From assembly GCA_025558095.1 (NCBI GenBank), contig JAIVFI010000008.1, positions 620,001 to 684,000 on the forward strand: a stretch of DNA of 64,000 bases. The letters are read 5' to 3'. Positions 24,421 through 36,060 of the stretch are shown here, in pieces. Source of the stretch: Hyaloraphidium curvatum SAG 235-1. Its lineage: Eukaryota; Fungi; Monoblepharomycota. Every line of letters begins with the position of its first letter. The stretch's first letter is position 1. The translations under genes and the position numbers were made by a program. The notes under the pieces were generated by a model. The model was not told where the DNA came from, searched no databases, and saw only the letters and a list, made by a program, of their open reading frames with translations.

Positions 24421-24674
24421 TGCTGGACCTGGAGGGGGAGGAGGGGGGGAGGTACCGCCCGCACCGCCGCCGCGCGAGGCTCGGGTGTGAAGGTGGAAAC
24501 TTCGCGTTCTACAGCAGCGACGCTCCGGCACCGAGACTGCGTTGCCGACACGAAGCTTTGGGGACTCGGGTGCGTGGGCACATTGGCGGCTCTCTCTCCT
24601 TTTTGAGAGTTAACGAAAGTACATACCGTCCCGTCCCCCTCTCCTCGTCCTTTCTGAGCGACGAGGCTCCCGCG

Positions 24675-26444
24675 ATGACCGACGCACAAACCGCGGTGCT
24701 GGAAGAGCCCCCGCCGGCGTCTTTGCTGTCGCTCCCCGACGAACTGCTGGTCGCGGTGACTGAGCGGCTCGACCGGCCGGCGCGGTACAGCCTCATCCGG
24801 ACGTGCCACCGCTGCTTCCGTGTTGCGCTGCCGCTGCTGTACGCCCGCCGGGTGAAGCTGTCGCAGCGGACGATTCCCGCCGAGCTGGTCGACCCCGCGA
24901 ACCCGCGGGCATCCTTCTACTCCCACGCGATCCGCAAAGCCTGGCTGCTCTTCTCTCAGGCGGACGAGGATGATGTCGCGGAATCGGATCAGGACAGGGT
25001 GCTGGCGTTCATCGACCGGTTCGGCCACAACCTGGTCTCGCTCGTCGTTATGGCACGGCTCCCCGACGGGGCCGTCCCGTGGTTCGAGGAGCATTCCGAG
25101 GGCAACGAGCTGCCGGACGAGTACGAGCCCACGCTCTACTTTCCCGTGCGTGTGGCCTTGGCGCTGCAGCGTTGCGTAAACGTCGCTTCGCTGGATTTCG
25201 TCGGCCTCCGCTTCACCGCCCTCACGCTGCTGGCGCCGTTCGTTCCTTCCGCGCGCCACCGGCACCGCACCGGCCTCGGCTCGGTCTCTGGCATCCGCGA
25301 GCTGGGCTTCGAGCGCTGCTCCTTCGAGGAGGACATCATGCCGCACCACCTTGCTTCGTTCAGCGAGCGACTCTCGCAGCTCGGCGGAGGGGCTGCGGCA
25401 TCGGCGGCTTCGGAGCTGCGCGCTCGCACCCGCGTGGACCGGCGGTTGCTTCCGTATCCGACCGATTGCGAGCTGCGCGATTCTGGCTACGACCAGCTCG
25501 ACTCGTTCGATCGGCTGTCGATCGCCGGCGCCTCCACGGACTCGGCACCCGTCGACTACGACGAGGAGCTCCCCACCTGGAAGGAAAACCCCGAAACGCT
25601 GCTGACCGTGCGCCGCAACCTCGCTCGCTCCTCGGTGCCCCTCCCTGTCCTCTACGCGCTCGAAGGCGGCAAAGCCGTCTGGGCCCTCCCCACCCCCCTC
25701 GAGCCCCCGCCGAAGCAGCTTCGTTCCCTCGCCCTGATCCGAAACCTGGGAATCGACATGGCGCGGATGCTGTGCATTCTGCAGGGCGGGTGGTGCCGCG
25801 CCCTGGACGAGCTCATACTGCTTTGCCTCGGAGCCGACGACGCGGACCTGCAGTGCATCGCGTCGGTGTGCCCGTTCCTGTCTCGACTGGACGTGGGACT
25901 GGACGAGAGGGCGACGGTGGAGGGCGTGAGGGCGCTGGTGGGCCGCTGCGAGGGCCTCGTAGAGTGGGTCTTGCGCTTGGGACGCGGTCCTGCGCCTGAA
26001 GCTGACGGCACCCTCCCTTGTCACAGGCTGTACCTCGACAACGCGCGCGGCGAGTTCCTCCAAGAACTTCCCGAGGATGCCATCCTTGAGATCTCTCGCG
26101 CGCACCACGTCGAATGCCTCTGGCTTCCTGAATGCACCTTCTCCCCCCGCGTCGGCGACGCGCTGGCGGCCATGCCCCACCTGCGCGACCTCAAGTTCTC
26201 GGGCTGGCCCACCGAGCTCGACTTCCACGCCGTCCTCGGGCTCTCGCGCAGCCGCAGCCTGCAGCGGCTCGAGGTCACCGTGTTCTACATCCTCGAAGAC
26301 GGCGAGCACCAGGTGATCGAGGCCCTGGTGGCCATGTGGACCACGCTCAAGGCCAGCCTGGCCCGCGAGAACCCGGCCATCACGACCGAGTTCCTGGTCA
26401 TGCACCTGACCACGGGTCGGTGGGAGACGACGCAGATCGAGTAG
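24675..26444 (+). CDS. F-box / LRR-like protein (probably one in-frame intron near 25975-26027)
   Basis: F-box LLSLPDELLVAV...LIRTCHRCFRVALPLLY; degenerate LRRs (LRSLAL, LDELIL, LSRLDV, LRDLKF). Confidence 0.75.
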   Translation: MTDAQTAVLEEPPPASLLSLPDELLVAVTERLDRPARYSLIRTCHRCFRVALPLLYARRVKLSQRTIPAELVDPANPRASFYSHAIRKAWLLFSQADEDDVAESDQDRVLAFIDRFGHNLVSLVVMARLPDGAVPWFEEHSEGNELPDEYEPTLYFPVRVALALQRCVNVASLDFVGLRFTALTLLAPFVPSARHRHRTGLGSVSGIRELGFERCSFEEDIMPHHLASFSERLSQLGGGAAASAASELRARTRVDRRLLPYPTDCELRDSGYDQLDSFDRLSIAGASTDSAPVDYDEELPTWKENPETLLTVRRNLARSSVPLPVLYALEGGKAVWALPTPLEPPPKQLRSLALIRNLGIDMARMLCILQGGWCRALDELILLCLGADDADLQCIASVCPFLSRLDVGLDERATVEGVRALVGRCEGLVEWVLRLGRGPAPEADGTLPCHRLYLDNARGEFLQELPEDAILEISRAHHVECLWLPECTFSPRVGDALAAMPHLRDLKFSGWPTELDFHAVLGLSRSRSLQRLEVTVFYILEDGEHQVIEALVAMWTTLKASLARENPAITTEFLVMHLTTGRWETTQIE

Positions 26445-26548
26445 CGCGGCCCCCGAAGGACATCTTGCAGCAAGTGTACGCGAATACTAAACTCGATTCG
26501 AACGCCAAAGAAATACCGGGCCGCTACAAGGGCCGACCGTCCCGTCCG

Positions 26549-29500
26549 CTAGATCCCCGTGTCCAGGCCGTACCGCCTCAGGTACTCGACGCTGGCAAAC
26601 GACATGTCGGCCCTCGGGAGGGCCTCCCCGCGGAGCTGCTCCGTCCGCGTGGCGTGCCTCCACGGCAGCGCCGGAGGGCGGGCGTGGTCGTGGCCCCGGT
26701 CGCGGTGGTGCGACGAGTGCCGATGCCGGGGCGCGTAGCGCGCGGCGATGAGGTTGGCGCGGATCTGCTCGGTTGAGGCGTCAGCGCGAGCACTCGATCG
26801 GCCGACCGAAACACGCACGTCCTCCTCCTCCGTGGTCATCGACGCCCTGTCGTCCCCATCGTCCGAGCTCTCCTCCCTCCGCTCCGCCGGAAGGGGCGGC
26901 CGCCCGCCCCACCCCCGCGCGGGGGGGTCGAACACGACAAAGCTCCGCTCGGGATCGGAGCAGAGCTCGCTGATCTCCGCCGCCGCGTCGCGGGAGCGGC
27001 CCCTGCGCGCATCTCGTTCCCGCTCCCGTTCCCGTTCCCGGCCCCGGTCCCGGCGCCGGGGTGATTTCGCGCGCGGAGGGAGGCGTCCCCGCGCGGCCGG
27101 ACCCTCGTCTAGGCTGGCGGGGTCGCTGAACGCGAAACTCGCTGCGTCGGCGAGGTCCAGAAAGGAGCGTTCCGCGGGCGGTTGGCGCGGCCGCGCCTGC
27201 ACGGGGATGGGAGGTTCGAGGTCCGCGGCGGAGCGGTCCGGGCTCAGGGTGGGGTTGCGCGATCGCTGCCCGTGCGGCGGAGGATCGCGGTCTTCCTGGT
27301 TCACGGGGGGCCGCCGCTCGACGGTGAAGGTGGTGTTGGTGCCTACGGTGCGGTGGTCCGGCAGGGGGCCCCCGGAGGACGACGAGGCGGGCTGGGCCAG
27401 AGCAGGTTCCGCGGCGTCGACGCCCGCGGTGCTGGTCCCGGCCTCGGAAACGACCCTCGTCCTCGCCGGCGACGGCGCAACGGATGCGGGCTGAACGGCG
27501 GGCTCCGGCACCGGCGCCGGGGGTTGCGCCGCGGGAGCGGGCGCCGGCGGATCCGGCACCGGCGGCACGCCCTGCATCCCCATGCGCGCAAACAGCTGCG
27601 CCATCCACGCCATCCACATCTGCTGCTGCAGCGCGAGCTCGGCCGGGCTGGCACCGGGAGCGGGGGGCAAAGGGAACGATGGAGGCGGAGGGATGGCATG
27701 CGAGGCGTCGGCACTCGGCGCGGCCGAAGTCTGCTGCTGAAGGAAAGGTTGCTGGGCAGGAGGGGGCTGCTGCACGGGGGGAGGCTGCTGCACGGGCGGA
27801 AGCTGCTGCACCTGCGGGGGCTGCTGCGCCGCGACCGGCTGCACCGGCGGCGGCAGCTCCTCCTCCAGCGCATCCAGCAGATTACGCGTATCCACGCCCC
27901 TCCGGGGCGGGATCGGCGACGGCGGCAGCGCCGGCGGATCGAAGGGCAACTCGCTGCAAACACGCGCGCGTCAGCCCGGCCCACCCGCGCACGGCACGGA
28001 CGGACGACCCACATCCCCCAGCGCCGCAGGGCAAACATCCTGAACCCCTCCTCCTCCGTCGCCCCCGCCGGCACCGCCGCCAAAGCGCACCGCACGTTCC
28101 CGCCCTCCCCCCTCCCGCGCAGCCCCACCGTGCCGCCGAACGCCGCGAACGGGAAGCGGTCGGCCGACATGGCCGGCGGGATCTGGATGCACTCGTACGC
28201 CCGCGCCGATGGTTCCCCCGGCGAGACGAGGGCCAGGAAGGCCGCGCGCTCGGGGTTGCGCATGGGCACGCCCTCGCCGCGCGCCCAGGACCGGCGCACG
28301 GCGTGGCGGACGGCGGCTTTGGGGAGGTCGGCGGGGTCGCGGAGCCAGATGCCCGCGGGCGGGGCGCGGGCGAAGCGCGGGTCGTGCTCCTCGATCAGCA
28401 CCGTCAGCCCGGAGGCGTCGGCGGTGAGGTGGCCGAACTCCTCGAAGGAGGTGGCGCGCACGGTGGGTGGCGGGACGATGGGGGTGAGGGTGAGGGAGGG
28501 GTTGGGGACCAGGCTGCGGACTGCGTGGAAAGCAGGGTGGTCAGCGAGGCTGTCACAACCAGCGCATGCGCGGACCCACAGGTCATCTCTCCCGCCTCGG
28601 CATCCACCATCCCCATGGTCGGACACAGGCACGACGGCAGCCTGCTCCTCGACGACAACACGTAGCTCTCGAGCGTCTTTGCCATGAGCTCCCACTCGCC
28701 CACGCCGAACCTCCCCGGCCCCGCGACGACGGGGACCACCACGTCGCCCCGCACGACGACCGTGGGCTCGTACCGCTCCTCGCCGTCCTCGCCGCGGGGG
28801 AGGCGGCGGCCGGCGTCGAAGCGGTCCAGGAGGAGGCGGCGCTCCGCGCCGGTGCCGACGGCGCGGCCGAGGAGGAAGCCGACGTGGGAGCGGGGGTGGG
28901 AGATGGTGGCGAGGCGCGTGCGGAGGGCATGGAAGCAGGGGGGTTGGATGTCGACCGAGTGGGGGGGGAGTGAGTCGAGGGGCTTGAGGGCCGTGGGGCG
29001 GCCGATGGCCGTGCTGTCCCTGCAAAGGGGGAGGGTCGCCACGTGAAGATGGGTATCGGCGATCGGAAGCGTTGCCAGCCTACCAAAGGAGGGAGCCGGG
29101 TGCGGGCGGCCGGTAAACGTACTCGTCCGGCGGCGGCGGCAGGTCCAGCGTGCCGTTCGCGTACCCCCCGGCCGGGGCAAACCCAGCTGCCGTCGCGGAC
29201 CTCGCCTGCCCCACGCGGGCACCGTAGGGCGGGCTCAGGGGATCGTGCCGGTACGGCGAGTTTTGCGTCGTGTGAGGCCTAGGCGCGGGAGGCGAGGCCA
29301 GGGGCGGGATGCCGGCCCCAGGGGCGGCGCCGGCGAGGTGGGGTCCCGCCGCGTGCGGTGCCGGCGCGGGATCGTACTGGAACGTGGCAAAGTTGTCGTC
29401 GACCGAGGTGAAGGAGACCTGGGAGATGCCGAGGTCGTGGCCGGCATGATCCGCGGTGGGCTGCCGCGACCTGGCCGAGGCCGCCGGCGAGGCCTTGGGG

Positions 29501-30336
29501 GCAAAGAGGTGGCCCGTCCGCGGAGGCGGAGGTTCCTGGGGGACGGGGTGGTGGTCGGGGAGGGGGTCCGCGTAGCGGGAGGCCGCGGCCGAGTGCGCGT
29601 GGCCCGCAGCCGACGCGCGTCCCGACGCCGGCTGGTACTGGTACGGCCCCCTGACGTCCTCCGCGTGCTGATCCCGGAAGTCGCGGGGGTAGTTTGCCTC
29701 CCGCGGCGGCGCCCTGAACGCGTCCGCGGGCATCACGGCGGAGACCATGCCGCCGACGTGGCCCATCCTGCTGCGCCTGCTCTCGACCTCTGCCACGCGG
29801 CGCCTGAAGCGCTCGGCGTCCGACAGCGAGGCCGCGGGGTCGTATGGCGGCCGGGCGCCGTGGCTGGGGGCGGCGGGGCCGGGCTCCGTGGCGGCGCGCC
29901 TGCGAGCGGGTTCGTCCCCGCCGCGCGACCGCGAGCGAGCGGCGGCGGCGGCGGGCAGCCTGGGCCCGCTCCCGGTATCCGGCTTTGCAAAGTACGGGCG
30001 CCACGGCGGCCTCTGCTGCCCCGTGCGTTCCGGCTCCCCGCCGCTCCCCCGGTCCCCTTTCTGCGCCCCCGCGGCGACCCGCGCCGGCGCCCCGGCCAGC
30101 CCCCGCGCGGGCCCCGCGTGCAGCCCCGGCGCCCCGCGAATCGCCGCGTCATCGGTTGCGGCCGGCTGCACGCGCGTGCGGCCGTTGGCCAGCGGCACCC
30201 CCGCGCGCCGCACGATCCGCGTGGCGAGCTCGGCGATCGCCGACGGCGGCGCCGCCAGCGGGGCGAGGTCGTCGCGCACAGCAGTCGACAGGCCGAACGC
30301 GCGCGGCGTCCACGGCCGCTCGGCGGTCGCAGCCAT
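26549..30336 (-). CDS. STIL: STIL/SAS-5/Ana2-like centriole assembly protein (multi-exon)
   Basis: STIL N-terminal domain motif GFLLG...LLLDRFDAGR...PTVVVRGDVVVPV; short central helix; C-terminal STAN-like DMSFASVEYLRRYGL. Confidence 0.78.
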
Positions 30337-31099
30337 GTCGAAGGGGAAACGGTGGTCTTCGCGCGTTTCGCGGCCCGGGGTTCGCACAAACAGCCGCCAA
30401 CACGGACCGCGGATGGACAAGCTGCGCCGAGAGAAAACTGCCAATCGAATTTATTGCCCTGCTTTCGGAGGATTCCCGGGCGCCCGGCGCTGCCTGCGTC
30501 CGATTCCCGCCCCGGCCCTCCCCCACCTCTTCCCCGCGCAGCCCCCCGCCCCTTCCGCAGCCCACGGCATCCCGCCGCACGCTCACCGATCGCATCCAAT
30601 TTATTAACGCCATCGGATTGCAAGTGGGCGGGCCGGAATGCCGGGTCCGGGATGTCGGTCCAAAGATTCGGCTCTGAAGGGGAGGAACGGCGGGGGGCAC
30701 CGGACGGAAAATGGGCCGCACGGGCCCACTCCGACCACGGCGCCCGATTCCAAAGACCGCCGAATCCCGCGATGCGCGTGCCGGAAGCTCCATGGACGCC
30801 GCAGGGCCTCGGATGGGTTTGGGTGGCCTCCGTGCCGGCTTCCGGAGCAACGCCGAGGCAGGCCAGGTCCCCGGGCGGCCCTTGCCGGCGATTCCACGCA
30901 TGCAAATCCAACGAAATCGGCCGCGGGGTGCAGGTACGGGGTCCGGGGAAGGCCCCGGCCCGCCGGCCGGCGCGCAGCTCGAAGCCCGCGGCGCAGGAGC
31001 CCTCAAGCGCGTCATCGCAGCAATGTGCCCGCTTCAAAAGGTCCGCCAACGGCCTCGAAGCTCCGGCCCGTGGCCCAGACGCCGTCCCGTGGGAAGAAA

Positions 31100-31475
31100 C
31101 CACCCCGATGCCGGAGCCACATGCCCAAAGATACTGCCCGCAACATCGGGGGACCGCAGCGTGGCTCCGAGGTCGGCGGGAGGGGTCCATCTTTCGGCAG
31201 ATCCACGTCGGAGGGGCGCGCACCGCGAGCACCGGGTGCCGAACAACACCACGAAGCGAGAGAAATATGTCTAAACATGTTGCCAGCGAAATTGGCGGCC
31301 CGTAGGAAGCGCGCAGGGCCGGCGAGAGGGGTCGATCTTCCAATAGATCCACGTCGGCGGTGCGCGCACCGCGAGCGCCAGATACGGACCAACACCCGGA
31401 GGCAAGAGAAACATGCCTAGGCATGCTGTCCGCAAGATCGGGCGCCCGTAGCGGGCCTCCAAAGTCCGCCGGGGT
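31100..31475. repeat. Degenerate tandem repeat, period 146 bp, about 2.6 copies
   Basis: Homologous ATG(C/T)C(C/T)A..ATRYTG motif at 31121, 31267 and 31413; GATCCACGTCGG..GCGCGCACCGCGAGC at 31200 and 31346. Confidence 0.85.
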
Positions 31476-32449
31476 CCGTCCAGCCGCTAGCCCCGTGAGC
31501 GCGGGCGACACCTCCACGCAGCGTCCCCGGGCCGGCCAGGGCCTCCAAGGAAATTCGGCGGTTAAAGACAGGAGAGAAATCCACGGCCAGCACGACCCGC
31601 GGGGGCGGACCCCGCGCCAGTCAGCGGTAGCCGCCCCGGTCGCGACGCGCCCCGGCGCCGACGGCCGGAGCCGCGTGTCCACTGCCGCCGCGCCGGCGGC
31701 TGCTTCTCGACCGCGTGCGCGAGAAACCGTGCAACCTCGGGAAGGCCATCGCTGGAGCCCGTGGACGCCGTCGGTGGCGACTGTTTGGTCGGGTCGGTGC
31801 CGGCGGACTTGCCAACGCTCCCGAAGCAGCTCCCTGCGCAGGTTGAGCGGTCGCCAATTCTGTGCTGTCTCTTGAGCGCTCAGTTGATGCTCGCTACATG
31901 GATGAGAGCCTCCGCACCGCTACCCGTCCATCCGGCCCCAGAAGACGCCGGATTAGCTCCGAAACAGCAGACACCATCCTGCGCCAAAAGCACAAAAGCA
32001 GCAAGCGGTTCGGGCGAACGAAGCACATTCCCGACGAAGGACCGTCCTGCATCGACCATCGGGGCCGCAAAATCTCTTTGCGAGTCCGCAAGCGAGCGAG
32101 CTCTATCCGGTCGAGCGCATCGTCCGCAGCCGTTGGGGTCCTCCGCCGACGGCATTTGATGGGCGCGGGCGACTTTGCCCAGAAGAACGACCGGCACGTC
32201 GTGGCCGTCATGCGGCGGCATCTTGGGTCGGAGGAGGCGGACCGACTGTGGGCCGCGTCAGGGAACTCGATTCCGCCGGACGTCTACAATGACAGTGTCG
32301 TCCAAAACGCGAGTGGATCAATGCGTCCGTCGAGCAGATCCGCGACCTGCTGGGATCCCGTGCGGCGCCGCCTCCGGGGGCTCTGCCGTTCGTGGCGGAG
32401 TTTGGGCGCCTCTTCCCCGCTGGGTCGGAGACCAAGATCGTCCTGCTGG

Positions 32450-33527
32450 TCACGCTGATGTCCGGTATTGTCTTCCAAAAGATACAGTCCACCATGGAGT
32501 TTGCCTGCCGGGCAATGAATGGTTGATAGGATCATCAACGCCGCCGGAAGTACTTCTTCGCAATGTGTTGCAGGTGCCACATCAGATACTCATGCGATCC
32601 CTCTTGCTCTTTAGGGTCCTTACGGTCCTTACGATCCTTACGATGCGTAAAGTACTCAAAGATCTCTTTGTTGACGAGGCGCAAAGTATTGACCCGAGAC
32701 GCCACGGGACGATCCTCCTGTAAGGGTCGACGAACTTGACAACCGTCGCTCTCTTGGTGAGGCGGTCGACGGAGAGAATGACGACGGGCTGGACCTTCCA
32801 ATGGAAGCGATCGGTCCATGAAGCCAGACCAGCGGAGCGTCTGAAAACCTCCGCAATCCACTCCTTTGGCCACCGTTCCGTTTGATTCTCTAAGACCGCG
32901 TCCGGCCCGAAGGGGCGCTTGATGTCGTTGATTACGATGTCCCGAATGCTGTCCAGGTTGGCGCGAGCCGGAAGATGAGGATCCGGGGTCGTGTACCTGC
33001 CGCAGCGCCGCAAGACAGTTTCCAACGTGAGAGGCTGCACCTGACCAACGGCGGCGCGGATCGTGTCTTCCTGAACGGTGCGGTCTTCATGCAAAGCAGC
33101 AAGACGTCAAGGTTGGTGAATTTGCTCGCCAGGGGCCTAGATGCAGCAAGAAGATCCTGGTCGGTCACTTTCGCCAGGGGGGCCAGATCCGAGACGTGCA
33201 CATGATGCCACACGCGCGATTCCACACGCGCGATTTCCTAGATATGAACACCCCCTTCTTGGTACACCAATAGAAGTCCTTGTGTGACAGGATGTCGACA
33301 TGGCCGTCCTTAGAAATCATCGTAATGACGAACGGCAAATGCACGTTGCTGGTGGGGGGAACAAAGGAGACCGAGCGGGAGCTCAACAGGGCCGGCGTCA
33401 AGTCCGTGTAGGTATGCTTCCGCGATTTCGCGGCGGCGATGACGACGTTAAGGAGGTCGCGCTCAGTCTGGCTGAGCACGGATGGGGCGCCGGTAGCCGC
33501 GGTGAGCAAGGGGTGGTAGGTGGCCAT
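32450..33527 (-). pseudogene. Frameshifted intronless orphan gene (about 350 codons reconstructed)
   Basis: Four to five consecutive protein-like ORF pieces in shifting frames; a 14-bp duplication at 33208-33235 explains the first shift; lower GC than the flanks. Confidence 0.6.
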
Positions 33528-33651
33528 GATGATCAGTTAATCAGTGTGTTTGGGGGTTGTGAAGAGTCGGGGTTGTGTTTGAGGTCTTTTGAAAAGTGAT
33601 GAGAAGAGCTGACAGCGCGCCGTTGTGTTCGCGCGCGCGGCGCAGCCTACT

Positions 33652-33697
33652 TGTCACCATGACACATCCGAATGTGTCATCATGACATATCCGGATG
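33652..33697. repeat. Two 23-bp direct repeats, each containing a TGTCA-N3-TGACA palindrome
   Basis: TGTCACCATGACACATCCGAATG / TGTCATCATGACATATCCGGATG. Confidence 0.85.
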
Positions 33698-34072
33698 GCC
33701 ACGCAAGCTAGGGAACTTGGCCACCTCCTCCTCCATCACCTTGCCCGCGGCCTCCCAGGCATGCTTCTTTCGGCCTCGAGCTTCGCGATCTGGGCCTTCG
33801 GGTCGACCAGCTCCTGCTCCGCGGCGGCTGCGGCCTTTGAGGTCGTCGCGCTCCTTCTCCGTGCGCGCAAGCGCGACCTCCAGCGCTTTCCTCGATGGGC
33901 GCTCGACATCCGATCTAGGATCCAGAGACCCTGGGGGCCGGCACACGCTCGAGTCCCCGAGCGCAGGCGCAAAGGGACAATTCGAGGTAGCGGGGCGAGA
34001 AATGCGAGAGCAAAGCTCCGCTTCATTCGTTTGCATCTTTGGAGATCCGGAAAAATGGTGAAGGCGGTCCAT
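33680..34072 (-). pseudogene. Frameshifted coiled-coil ORF remnant
   Basis: ALEVALARTEKERDDLK / AAAAAEQELVDPKAQIAKLEAE / KKHAWEAAGKVMEEEV read in alternating frames. Confidence 0.4.
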
Positions 34073-35316
34073 CGACCGCCAGCCCCGGAAAGGGGCACGC
34101 CAAAAGGGCGCAGAGGAACGGTTGCGACGCCGAACCCACCACCAAACGGCCTAGCCGGACGATGATCCATCAGCCGGCTGGCCTGGCGGCCAAGAATAGG
34201 AGTATAACTACCTAGCTTGTCTGCTGCGGCAGCGGGCGATCCGCCACGACTGGCCGCACAAGCAAAAAGAGAGAAAGGAGGGGAGAGGGGATGAGATCGG
34301 TGCATAATGCATAGATCCGACCGCATACGTACGGCGTCGTTGCTGCGAGTCCTTGCCCGCGCTCGGCTTGCATCGTGCGGGGAGACCTCGTCCCGGGTGC
34401 GACGGATGCTCGGGCCGGGGCCCCTTGCGCCTTTTCGGATTGTCCCTGTGGCGGGGTGTCCAGCGGAGGGGGTGCTGCGCCCACTTGCGAAGTCACGGGA
34501 CGTTCCGTCCCGCGGCCCGAAGGGAGCTTGGCATGCTTGGAAGGGGGTCCGTCGCCCGGCGGGGCGGGAGGCGTTCCGCCCCCCGCCCGTTCGGGGTCGG
34601 GTGCTGCGCACGGAGGCCTGCTACTCGACGAGCTGCGAGGATCCGTGCGGTGCCTGTGCCTTGCCCGGCGCTTGAGCGCTCATCCGGCGCGGCCTGCGGC
34701 TCTTGGCGGCCTGCTGCTTGCCGGCTGCGTTCTGCGGCGCCCGACTGGCTGGCTCTGGCGAAACGGCCGGCGCGGCGGGAGATGCACCATCGCCCGCCGG
34801 TCGGCCCACCGTGTGCCCGCTGGGCGACCCTGACGACGTCGGCGGAGGCGGCGGCGGCAGGGCGCGGGCGGCGGCGTCCGCCCGCGGTGCTGAGCTGAGT
34901 GGCCGGCGCCCTCCGACTCGGAGACGGCGGCGGCAGTGGGGGGTTGCGTGGTGGACGGTCGTGACGGCCGGGGTCGGGGCGGCCCGGCGGTTTTTGACGG
35001 GCCGGGAAGTCACGTGAGCTGTGGCAATGCCGACTGCGCACTTCGAAAATCCAGAGCCTTCGATCCCGCGCAGCTACCCGAATTTGCTAAGGCCACTTGC
35101 GCAAGCCTGCGCAGACCGTCGATTGCGCTATGGCTTACACGAACGTCCGACCAGCGCAGTAAACTTCAGTTCGTGGCAGTCTGGCTCCCATCCACGCGGA
35201 CGCAGATCGAGATGTCGGAATTACCCGACTCTTCAGCTTGGATTCGACCCCACCTCCAGCTACAGAGCGTGATCGAAGCCGAGGCTGAAGCTGCTACACT
35301 TTCGAGCCCTTGAATG

Positions 35317-35913
35317 TTACGGCGCGGACATGGAGAGATCGAGGTACCAGAGTAGCTGCACCTCCTCGGGCGACGCCTCGTACGCACCCGGATGGATCCC
35401 GCCCAGCCGGCAGCCGCAGGCGGCGTAGAACTTGCAGGCCGCGACGTTGTCGTTCTGCGTCTCGATCTTGAGCGTCCGGCAGCCCTTCCCCCTTGCCCAA
35501 GCCGCCGCCCGCGCCACCAGCTCCTTCCCTACCCCCCGCCCTCGGTGCTCCGGCCGCACACGGATGTCCCAAAGCACCGCCAGGTCGTCCCGCCCCTCGA
35601 GCATGTGCAAGCCAGGGGTCCGCGATGCCACGACCGCGCCCCCGGCGAGCTCACCGCCCAGAAACGCCAGGAAGAGCACCCAGTTCGATGTATCCCACCG
35701 AGAAACCCAGGATTGTGGCCGGTCGACCTCGTCGGCGTCGTAGTCTTTATCGTACGGGGGTTCCACCGGCTCCTCCGAGATCCGGATGCCGTCGAGGCCC
35801 CCGCGCACGAGCTCCACGCGCAGGCGGGACGCGATGCGGAAGCGGATCGGGATGCCCGAGTATCCGGATGCGGCGAGCTTGTCGAGCGGTTCCTCGCGGA
35901 TTTCGAGCTCCAT
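35317..35913 (-). CDS. GNAT acetyltransferase, streptothricin acetyltransferase (SatA)-like, intronless
   Basis: PYDKDY, LWDIRVRPEHRGRGVG (motif A), LKIETQNDNVAACKFY and EVQLLWYLDL, characteristic of bacterial Sat-like GNATs. Confidence 0.85.
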   Translation of the reverse strand: MELEIREEPLDKLAASGYSGIPIRFRIASRLRVELVRGGLDGIRISEEPVEPPYDKDYDADEVDRPQSWVSRWDTSNWVLFLAFLGGELAGGAVVASRTPGLHMLEGRDDLAVLWDIRVRPEHRGRGVGKELVARAAAWARGKGCRTLKIETQNDNVAACKFYAACGCRLGGIHPGAYEASPEEVQLLWYLDLSMSAP

Positions 35914-36060
35914 TGGCGAGACCGACCTTCGCGTTGGCTGCAAACACCGAAACGAAGTCCCGCCCCCCAAGCCCTGCGCGGTGCGCCATTGTGCCATCGC
36001 TGCCGCTGTGCCATCTTCGTTTTCGCCACTGTCCCATCGCCGCACGCCGGACTGTCAACG

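Noticed and set aside
31100-31475. CRISPR-like array
   Set aside because: Units are homologous along their whole length, there are no unique spacers or cas genes, and the context is eukaryotic
30400-35300. Classifiable transposon (LTR, TIR or Helitron)
   Set aside because: No RT, integrase, DDE or Rep/helicase motifs and no convincing terminal repeats seen by eye
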